DNA of 7,848 nucleotides from Octopus sinensis (taxonomy: Eukaryota): assembly GCF_006345805.1 (NCBI RefSeq), contig NW_021828545.1, forward strand, positions 1 through 7,848, read 5' to 3'. Made by a program: the position numbers and the translations under genes. The notes under the pieces are model-generated. The model searched no databases and was not told where the DNA came from. It saw nothing but the letters and a program-made list of their open reading frames with translations. This document shows, one piece after another, positions 1 through 7,788 of the stretch; the stretch's first letter is position 1; each line of letters opens with the position of its first letter.

Positions 1-62
1 AGCTGGGTTTTTATAGAAACTATACTCTTGTCGCATATGGGTTGGTGAAGATGAGAGGATGC

Positions 63-67
63 ATATA

Positions 68-104
<37 letters not shown>

Positions 105-472
105 GAGAGTGAGAGAGAGAATGTGATAGAAAGACAGAGAGAGAATATGTATGCGTGTGTGAGAGAGAGAGAGAGAGAGAGAATAATGTAAGAGAGAGTG
201 AGATGTAGGGAGAAAGAGTTTGTATATGTGTGTGTGTGTAGGACATATATATTAGGTGTGTGTGTGTGTGTTGTGGGGAGTGAAAAATGTATGTATGGTG
301 TGCATGAGAAGAAGAGAGAGAGTAAGTGTGTTTGTGTGTGTGTGTGAGAGAGAGAAAGAAAGAGAGGGAGAGAAAGATAGAGAGAGAGGGAGGTAGAGAG
401 AAAGATAGAAAATGCATGAGCAGGTGAGTGCAAAAGAGAGAGTAAGACATATTAGAGAGAGACAGAAAGCAA

Positions 473-511
<39 letters not shown>

Positions 512-1142
512 TAAATATATCATAATGTGTAAGAATGAAGGAATGCGTGTGATTCCTTGCATGTGTGTGTGTGTGTGTGCTTGAGTGTGTGTGTGTGTGT
601 TGTGTGGTGTGTGCTTGTGTGTGTGTGTGTGTGTGTGTGTACATAAGAAAAGCAGATAGAGAGTTAGGTTGAGATTAAGTGGAGGCGCTGACAGCGGTGA
701 AGGGGAGAAGCGGACTAAGTAGAGAAGTGGATGGCGGTAAAGAAATAAAGATAGACATATAGAAAACATATACCTGCATATGATATAACACTGTATGTTT
801 GTGAGACATTCTGAGTATGCGTGTGCATGTGTGTGTGAGTGTGTGTGCATGTAATTGTGTGCGTGTGTGTGTGTGTGTGTAATTGTGTGTGTGTGTGTGT
901 GTATGAGGTGCTTTATGAATATCTCATTACCTGCAAAAATAGAGAGAGTGAAAAATAAAGGCAAATGAGAATGTGTGTGTGAGAGAGAGAGAGGGGGGGA
1001 AGAAATACTGAGAGATAAAGAAAGAGAGGAGAAAGAGAAAGAAGAGAGAGTATGTGTGTGTGTGTGTGTGTGTGTGTGGAGAGAGGTGCTGATTATATTA
1101 ATATATAAACATGTTCTTTCTCTGAGTGTTTATGTGTGTGTG
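63..1142. repeat. Compound microsatellite / low-complexity region of alternating (TG)n and (GA)n tracts
   Basis: Directly visible TG and GA runs, e.g. 73-98, 161-182, 474-503, 562-640, 863-902 and 1053-1078. A short unique stretch lies at about 650-810. The ORFs 20-433, 252-644, 452-964 and 975-1157 are HT/LS/CV dipeptide-repeat artefacts. Confidence 0.97.
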
Positions 1143-1210
1143 AGAAAACTGATATAATTCCATGAGTGTGAGCATCAGTATCTTGTGGCAGTCGCTATAT
1201 ATATATATAT

Positions 1211-2130
1211 ATATGAAGATCTATACTAGAAATATTTACAATACTGAGAAACAGCTGGATTTAATAACAGCATTTTCAGCTGATATAAGGATGGAATTTG
1301 GCCAAAAGAAATGTTCATATTTGATAGTTGAACACGGAAAAAAGTACTTCAGCAACACAACTCATACCTTTACATCAATAACCTCTGCACCTCACGTCTT
1401 CCATGCAACAATGCTACAAATGTTTAGGTATTGATGGAAATCTATTCTACAAAGATACAGTGAGCAATGATGTGGCCAAGAAATGAATATTATGCCGGAC
1501 TCATAGCAAATGTGAGATTTAGAGCTTTTCTTTTAGAAGAAAACAATACCTTACCATGCACTTTTGAGCACAGTATTAAAAAGTACATGTTGAATGTTTG
1601 ACTGATCTATAGAGAAAATTTGCTCCATATGTAATAAGAAATAAGAAGATCCTGGCATCATGTGGAAGCATCCAAAGAAATAGTGATATCAAACAAGCTC
1701 TGTCTAAGGTAAAAAAAAAAAAAGATGAAAGAAGAAGCTGAAGATGAGGTGAGATAATCACTGTGTATTGTATGGCATCAGGTAGATATGATCTGTTGAA
1801 CAACAGCAGCAACAACAAATATATGAACAAGATGTTGAAGAAGGAGAAGAGGAGAGCATTGTCTGAGTTGGAACTGAATCCTTCAAGAAATGCTTAGACC
1901 TCTGTGACATTTCCTGTAACCCCAGTCCTGTTGGACCAGCTTACCTCAAGAAAGATGTGGTGAAGAAACGTTCTGAATACCATCAAAAGGTTAAGCATGG
2001 GTATGTTTCCTGTAAACTTGCATAAGATGCTGATATCTACAGGATGTGTAGCCTCTTTTATTACTCACAACCATTACATCACATCTCATTTTGAAGGTTA
2101 TACTTTCACAATGCAAGAACTGGAGTTGGT
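1211..2130 (+). mobile_element. Decayed non-LTR retrotransposon fragment (C-terminal RT and thumb/post-RT region), R4/Dong-like restriction-like-endonuclease clade
   Basis: Translation across frameshifts gives MKIYTRN...LDLITAFSADIRMEFGQKKC (compare DDLKLY...FSxDIGMEFGLDKC after the YxDD motif) and CYKCLGIDG at 1412 (YKYLG motif). Further on are KILASCGSIQRNSDI/KLCLR..DERRS (compare RKLLTxxGxxHPxSDVxRLYLPRxxGGRGL), KHGY at 1993-2004 and TSHFEGYTFTMQELEL at 2081-2128 (compare EGxxxAxQEQ). It has multiple stops and frameshifts, and the 5' end is lost in (TA)n. The clade call rests on recalled motifs. Confidence 0.85.
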
Positions 2131-2136
2131 GTATGT

Positions 2137-2751
2137 CAGGGGTGGGCGAACTTTTTTGATCGCGGGCCGCACAGTGCGTCTTTGGAACCTTGGCGGGCCT
2201 CATTTATAAAAATCAAGTGAAAATATTTTTAAAGGCGGTTATAGACCTATAAACACACAATTGATTGAAAGGAAATTTTGTGAAATATTCCTGGTTTAAG
2301 TGATTTAATTTATTTTTTAGAGTATCGGGTTCATGTTTTTCGGTTATTTGCTCCTATAGTTGAAATTATTACAGGAACCTCGGTTATTTTGGACAGCCTG
2401 TTATTGCTTACAAATTGCCAGGAACGGAATTTTCCTAGTAAAATCTGCACTAATTGTGGACAACCACCTCTTAATATCATGGACAACCATATCTTCACCC
2501 GGAAATGTGTTTTATTATGATGTCATGGGAATATTTCTCGAAATTTTTCATCGCTTCACACTAGCTGAAACAAACAAACAGCGGACAATTTTGTGAAGGC
2601 GCGAAACAGTGAACTGAAATAAATTGCAAACTATTGTGAATTACCGTACAACTGAAACAGTTACAAAGTATCTGCATGGAAGTTAGGATTCATAAAAGCT
2701 CTCGGCGGGCCGCATGAAAACCTATGGCGGGCCGTAGTTTGCCCACCCCTG
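2137..2751. mobile_element. Non-autonomous hAT (Charlie/Buster-like) MITE, 615 bp
   Basis: 16-bp terminal inverted repeats CAGGGGTGGGCGAACT (2137-2152) and AGTTTGCCCACCCCTG (2736-2751) match 15/16. Four subterminal GCGGGCC motifs occur at about 2162, 2193, 2705 and 2727. The flanking 8-mers GTGTATGT (2129-2136) and GTTTATAC (2752-2759) match 5/8 with a central TA, consistent with a decayed 8-bp hAT target-site duplication. There is no transposase ORF. Confidence 0.88.
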
Positions 2752-2758
2752 GTTTATA

Positions 2759-3436
2759 CAGTGACTTTTGAATAAAACAGACAACAAAGTGTTTATAATA
2801 TGAGGGTTTAGAAACTCTGAAACACATGAAAAACATTATTTCTAATGTACACAGACATGCAGGAAGTAAATAGACACCTTTAAGTTTCAAAATTTCTGAT
2901 CTAAGCGTCCTAATATGCTTTCAGTGGTGTAGAATTTATAATGTAATTATTCTTTTTCATTCCCAGTGCCATTATATTAAACATTTGCGAAGAGTAGCCA
3001 TGCCACGCACAAAAAATTCAGCACAATCGCCAGATTTTCAAAGAGGTCGTATTGTTGGGCAATCTGAGGCTGGTTTTTAGCCAGCGAAAAATTGCCAGAA
3101 ATCTTCAAATTCCTCTTGCTACTGTTAATAGAATTATAATGCAATTCAAAAGCCAAGGAAAAGAATCAACAGATTCTCGTCCTGGCTAAGCTGGGCCCTC
3201 GGAAAGGAAGCTTCGCTGTTTGAAGAAAATTGTGGAAAACGAACCCCGTTTGAAGGCTTCTGACATTGCAAAACAGCTAGAAGTTAGTCCAAGAATGTGT
3301 GTTACATATCTGCATGAACTTGGGTATTATGGACGAGCAGCTAGGAGAAAACTTCTCCTTCAACCAATTAATATCAAATAAAAGATTTTGAAAATTAAAG
3401 GTGTCTATTTACTTCCTGCATGTCTGTGTATATTAG
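2759..3436 (+). mobile_element. Internally deleted, right-truncated Tc1/mariner DNA transposon with long terminal inverted repeats
   Basis: It begins TA|CAGTG at 2757-2763, the typical Tc1 end. The 52-bp segments 2842-2893 and 3385-3436 are inverted copies (50/52 identical) and flank a transposase remnant. The outer part of the right repeat is missing. Confidence 0.85.
3000..3384 (+). pseudogene. Tc1 transposase pseudogene, N-terminal helix-turn-helix DNA-binding region only
   Basis: From the ATG at 3000: MPRTKNSAQSPDFQRGRIVGQSEAGF, a frameshift near 3078, then [93 protein letters not shown]. This has the Tc1 paired-like HTH, a decayed GRP motif and an RKPLL-like motif. The DDE catalytic domain is deleted. 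Confidence 0.92.
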
Positions 3437-4930
3437 TGACAGGGTCAGTATTAACACCAAGAGGTAATATTTATCCCCACTTCAATGTGGATGTTCCAAC
3501 AAATAGTTTGTTCTAATAGAACCTCCATATTTAAGTGAGGATAAATATTATTTCTAATGGTGGAACTCCATCCAAAGGATTTTTAACCCAATATTCTATA
3601 TCATATTAATATAGTTTTATCCACTTTGAGTTCCGCTGTTAAAATAATTTACCTCATATCTCTTGTTTCTAAGTTCTTAAAATGTAAAATACCTTAGAAT
3701 TCTCACTGTAAGATCAAGATTTCTAAAATGGATGGAAAAAACTCAAAGAAAAGATTTGGCTTTGATATAATGATTAGAACATCTATCACATTTACAGAAG
3801 ATGTGGATCTGTGTCCTACAAGCAGCCTTCGATATTTTTCCATCCAAGGTGCATTTTAAACCAATACTCTACATGCTATCGGTTTTAGCTTCAAGTACTT
3901 AACCATCACCTGTCCCAAGCTGTGATTTACCATATAAATTTACAGCACTGTGGAAGATATTAATGGAAAATATCATTAAGGTACAACCTTTCAATGTGCA
4001 TTAATGTTGTTGCTAAAATAAAATAGAATTCTTTCCATAGGTATCAAATACTGCCCAGGGATAAATATAGAAAATGTTTTTGCAACTGAATTCATATATA
4101 TTTATCAGCACAAGAAATATTGGTGAAATATTCTCATTAAAACTTCCACCAAGTGCAAACATAATAGGCCTGAAGAATTACATATAGTCACAAAGGTCAG
4201 TTACCCAAGAGATTTTAATATTTCAATATAGGTGAGAAAGAGTAGGAACTTACAGTTTCTCAATCCAGATTCTAAATTGACATTTTTACTGAGAATTATT
4301 GATGCACTTGACTGTGTTAGTAAATGTCTAAACGGCAATTGTAAAAAGATGGGCAATCAAAGTAAATAAGCAATGAACGTGCAAGTTACAAATAAAATCT
4401 TCCGGTAGACAAGTAAAAATATACAAAACTTTTCTAAATAAAATTCTTCACTGATGTTGGGTAAATTCTAGAGATGGAGTTTTGCTTCAGGTCTAGGAAT
4501 CAGTACTTTCATTCTATAAAGAATTTAAAAAATTAAAAATGAATGTGTTGTTGTGTAACAAAGAACAGCCATATTTTACATGGCCATCGGTGTGGTGAAG
4601 TTAGGAAGGCAGTGATAGTGTCTTTTGGTAGATAATGTTCAATTGCCTTCTTTTTTCAGTTATCATTATGGTTTGGAGTGGTGCACACAGTGTGTTTGCC
4701 ATTAAAACGTTTACAACCTGTAGAATTTGGGATGTATTTTTCTGACCCCTGTATATACATATATATAAATTAATATAAACAGCTAGGCACAATGTAATAC
4801 AATAAAAGAAAATTTTTATCATCACTGATTGTAACTCAGGATTCCAAGCGCCAATAAGCATAGGTGCCAAAGCACTTATATTGACAGGTGCTTTGGCACC
4901 CTCAGTCACATTTAATGATAATAAAATCTT
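3435..4930 (-). pseudogene. Endogenous viral element: decayed L protein (RdRp core) of a Mononegavirales-like negative-strand RNA virus
   Basis: Minus-strand translation across stops and frameshifts gives, in order: EHYLPKDTITA (4640-4608, KD block); GRFYL*LARSLLIYF (4403-4359, motif F-like, same spacing as rhabdoviral GRFFALMSWNLRLYF); SWVTDLCDYM*FFR (4210-4169, motif A-like, compare filoviral SFVTDLEKYNLAFR); IYEFSCKNIFY (about 4099-4067); H..IERL (IERL at 3995-3984, motif B-like); LGQ[G]DG*VL (3918-3893, motif C-like QGDNQVL, needing a 1-nt deletion); IGLK...HIFCK...KSFL*VF (3865-3737, motif D region); and EVG[G]...TDPVT (ending at 3435). The upstream limit between 4640 and 4930 is less certain. 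Confidence 0.75.
4863..4900. other. Perfect 13-bp inverted repeat (hairpin) with a 12-nt spacer
   Basis: GGTGCCAAAGCAC (4863-4875) and GTGCTTTGGCACC (4888-4900) are exact reverse complements. Confidence 0.95.
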
Positions 4931-4947
4931 TTCTATATATATATATA

Positions 4948-5262
4948 TTCTTTTACTTATTTCAGTCATCGGTCTCTTCTGCCGAACTGCTAAGTGACGG
5001 GGACGTAAACACACCAGCATCGGTTGTCAAGCAATGCTAGGGGGACAAACACAGACACACAAACACAGACACGCATGTATATATATATATACATATATAC
5101 GACAGGATTCTTTCAGTTTCCGTCACCAAATCCCCTCACAAGGGCATGGTTCGGCCCGGGCTATAGCAGAAGACACTTGCCCAAGGTGCCATGCAGTGGG
5201 ACTGAACCCGGAACCATGTGGTTGGTTAGCAAGCTACTTACCACACAGCCACTCCTGCGCCT
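4948..5262 (-). mobile_element. tRNA-derived SINE of octopus type, near full length with an internal deletion in the 3' part
   Basis: The minus-strand head AGGCGCAGGAGTGGCTGTGTGGTAAG carries a Pol III A box TGGCTGTGTGG (5251-5241) and a B box GGTTCAGTCCC (5208-5198). It has an internal CA/TA tract, a short-repeat tail near 4948-4960 and (TA)n on both flanks. It resembles the abundant Octopus SINE sequence as recalled, and its 3' half is homologous to 6661-6848 and 6869-7038. Confidence 0.9.
5198..5251 (-). promoter_or_regulatory. Internal RNA polymerase III promoter (A and B boxes) of the SINE
   Basis: A box TGGCTGTGTGG and B box GGTTCAGTCCC are separated by 32 nt, a tRNA-like spacing. Confidence 0.8.
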
Positions 5263-5407
5263 ATACATATATATATATATGCTGTGAATGTGTGTCTATG
5301 TGAGTCTCAAGCTTTTCTCCCTCATTTACCCCAAATGCTTCATATATTGTACCATTTACCCTTTTACTCCCCATTGCCAAAATGCTATTTTATGTCAGTA
5401 TTCGTAT

Positions 5408-5665
5408 CATCATCATCATCAGCAGTAGCAGCATTATCATCCTCTTTTCCGTACACACGGGGACTGAACAAAATTCATTGAGGTAAATTTACTAAAGACG
5501 GATGCCTTTCCTGCCATCAATCTTCACCTTTTTCAAGCAAAGTAGTACTTCCCCATGGCCAGACATAACTTTTGTGGGATATTGGAAATGAATGACACTG
5601 CTTGTACAACAGTGACACTCATTTACAACTACCTTGCAAAGTCAAGACAGGGAGACACAAACATA
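5408..5665 (-). mobile_element. 3' portion of a second, older octopus SINE-like family with a (GAT)n tail
   Basis: The (CAT)n run at 5408-5421 reads as a minus-strand (GAT)n tail. The element contains GGAAAGGCATCCG (5511-5499, minus), similar to the GGAAGGGCATCCG core seen in conserved SINE domains. It ends in a CA tract and the tRNA head is absent. Family recognition is from memory. Confidence 0.65.
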
Positions 5666-5807
5666 TACACATACATAAATAAATTTACACACATACATAT
5701 TATATGTATTTATATATAAATATTTAAATGTGTGCGCATCTGCATATGTTTATGCATAAATGTTTATATGTATATATACAAATACATTATACGCAGATAT
5801 ATATATA

Positions 5808-5850
<43 letters not shown>

Positions 5851-5998
5851 ATATATGTATGTATTGTTTTTTTTTTATTTTCTTTTTGTAACATATTTCT
5901 ATTATATGTATATATATATATATATATCTATATATATATATATGTATGTATACATTTCTATACATTTTCCCACATAAACACACGCACACATACACATG

Positions 5999-6031
<33 letters not shown>
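5660..6031. repeat. (TA)n / (TATG)n / (CA)n microsatellite block
   Basis: Directly visible. The ORFs 5728-6045, 5732-5977 and 5750-6031 are YI/HT/CV repeat artefacts. Confidence 0.97.
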
Positions 6032-6033
<2 letters not shown>

Positions 6034-6154
6034 AAAGACAAATAGACACACGTGCTCTCATAAAATTTAGTAAAACATTTTGTCTTTTGAAGAAATGTTG
6101 ATCTAAACACTGACAAAAGAAAAAAACAGAAAAAAAAAGGAAAAAAAAAATTCC

Positions 6155-6620
6155 ACAGAGATCAGAAAGTCAATGACAATATTAATTCTTTTATAAAATC
6201 ATCATCAGCTGTGATATTGACCCAGTCGGAGTCAAGCAGACAGCATTTTCAATTCTGTAGAATTGGTATGACAATAAACAACTGGAAGTCTCCAAAATGT
6301 CATTGGAATTAATATATTCTACAGGAAATTCTTCGTCATGAGTATCCAAGTGTGTTTCTACATAAATCAATCAATAAGTTACAATTTGTATCTATAAGAG
6401 ATAATATTCATTCAGATTTATTGTGGATAACTGAGTTTCTATCACTCATAATTCTACCAGAATTGTGAATTATAATGTAGACATTAGTCACCTCAGAATA
6501 TCCAAATAAGTCCAGTCAAAACTGGTCCACGTCTTGTCAAAATTCTATATAATATCAGTCAATACAAAATCTGCTTGGTTAGTCGATCAATTCTTCTAGT
6601 TATGCTCCACATCACATAGA
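6155..6620 (-). pseudogene. Possible more N-terminal segment of the same viral L element
   Basis: Unique, decayed coding-like sequence on the same strand as the L core. LLIDLCRN (6377-6354), YQFYRIENAVC (6268-6236) and DDDFIKELILSL (6206-6171) fit, in order, the weak L N-terminal pattern LMxxD..R / YxxxxxLE / F..el. The GHP motif was not found. Confidence 0.4.
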
Positions 6621-6654
6621 GAGAAGGAGAGAGAAAAGAGAGAGAATAAAAGAG

Positions 6655-6848
6655 AGATCTTTTATTTTTTATTTGTTTTAGTCATTTGACCAAGGCCATG
6701 CTGGGGCACCACTTTGAAGAATTTTAATCAAACGAAACAACCTTAATATTAATTTTTTTAAAAACCTGGTATTTATTCAATCAGTCTATTTTGCTGAACC
6801 ACTATGTTATGAGGCTGTAAACAAACTGACACCAGTTGTCAAGCAGTG
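6655..6848 (-). mobile_element. SINE 3' half (same family as 4948-5262), diverged
   Basis: TTAGTCATTTGAC..GGCCATGCTGGGGCACC...GCTGAACCACTATGTTATGAGGCTGTAAACAAACTGACACCAGTTGTCAAGCAGTG aligns by eye with 4961-5035. Confidence 0.85.
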
Positions 6849-6868
6849 AACAAACACACACACATACA

Positions 6869-7060
6869 CACCGCTTGACAACCAGTGTTGGTGTGTTTAA
6901 ATACCCCATCACTTAGCAGTTTGGTGAAAGAGCCTGATAGAATAAGTATCAGACTTTAAAAAAAAATAATAAATAGTCCTGAGGTCAATTGTTTGACTAA
7001 AACCCTTCAAAGCAGTGCACCAGCATGGCCACAGTCAAGTATGAAGGTGAAATGAAAGAG
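6869..7060 (+). mobile_element. SINE 3' half in the opposite orientation
   Basis: CACCGCTTGACAACCAGTGTTGGTGTGTTTA...CACTTAGCAGTTTGGTGAAAGAG...CACCAGCATGGCCACAGTCAA is the reverse-complement homologue of 6680-6848 and of 4970-5035. Confidence 0.85.
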
Positions 7061-7235
7061 ATACAAGAGATGGAAGATAAGTATTGTTATCTCGTACTCT
7101 AACAACTCCACCGACTCCACCACCTTTATACAAGAAATAAACAGACATACCATGTTATCTTGAAGATGTGAACTGAGCTGATTTCGCTGTGAGGTGTGAA
7201 ATAAGCTTAATGTTTCAGGTGGTAGCTCTTTTCAA

Positions 7236-7258
7236 GAGAGAGAGAGAGAGAGAGAGAG
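7236..7258. repeat. (GA)n microsatellite
   Basis: A perfect GA run of about 12 units. Confidence 0.95.
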
Positions 7259-7715
7259 AAATAATAATAAAAAGTAATGTCACTTTGGTCACAAAAATGT
7301 GAACTGCTCACAACAAATTCAATTCATCAAACTCTCTCTGTACACTCCTATGGATTAATTTTGCTGACAAATACTGCACCGTTTCTTCAGATCTGGGATT
7401 TTAATGTATTTATCTCGTGTTGTGTCTTCGAACAAGCAAAGTTCAATGAGACAAAATGAGATGATGAAGAGAAGACAGACAAATATAGATAACATCTGTG
7501 ACAGTGGACAGATAGATTTCAAGACGACAGATTAACACTAATCCAACAAAGAATTTATATATAGTATAGCTAGTTTAACTGCTCAAAGTAATAATCTGTG
7601 CATGATGTGTGTGTCACTCACACACAACATATGTGTGTGTAACTATCATGTTATATAGATATATATATGAATAAAAAATGGACTTAACGCAGGTTTAAAC
7701 AAGTATTTTTACTTT

Positions 7716-7788
7716 TACATATGTTTCGAAAATTCCACTGATACTATTCAAAAGAGTAAAAGTATAAACAATGCAATCTTCTCGTCTT
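7716..7788 (-). ncRNA. Truncated or degenerate type I hammerhead ribozyme motif, probably from a Penelope-like element terminal repeat
   Basis: The minus strand reads aaGACGA-G AAGAUUGCAUUG...CAGUGGAAUUUU C-GAAA-CAUAUG-UA. Stem II pairs 12 of 13 positions including two G-U pairs, stem III is palindromic (ACAUAUGU), and the cleavage triplet is GUA. The CU of CUGANGA and the 5' strand of stem I are missing. Confidence 0.5.

Noticed and set aside
668-740. GC-richer unique island within the microsatellite region
   Set aside because: No recognisable motif, repeat partner or structure, and too short to call.
20-1157. Four ORFs of 60-170 aa
   Set aside because: They are translations of (TG)n/(GA)n microsatellites giving HT, LS and CV repeats, with no protein-like content.
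2360-2890. ORFs 2360-2596 (+) and 2690-2890 (-) as transposase pieces
   Set aside because: No hAT or Tc1 motifs are recognisable. They lie in the non-coding MITE interior and in terminal repeats.
3902-3904. GDN to GDG change (possible AAT to GGT) as evidence of ADAR hyperediting of the viral RNA
   Set aside because: It is a single codon with an unknown ancestral state in a heavily decayed sequence, so it cannot be distinguished from neutral mutation.
4601-5020. 139-aa minus-strand ORF as an intact gene
   Set aside because: It starts inside the SINE, crosses a (TA)n tract and only then enters unique sequence. It is a chimera, although part of it may be residual viral reading frame.
5190-5262. 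tRNA gene
   Set aside because: A and B boxes are present, but there is no convincing acceptor stem and the sequence continues into a SINE body.
5024-5481. ORFs 5024-5287, 5034-5303 and 5284-5481
   Set aside because: They are antisense readings through SINE and simple-repeat sequence.
5728-6045. Three overlapping ORFs of 81-105 aa
   Set aside because: They are (TA)n/(CA)n microsatellite artefacts.
7601-7650. Imperfect palindromes (CATGAT...ATCATG with CA/TG arms)
   Set aside because: They are explained by adjacent complementary CA and TG microsatellite fragments.
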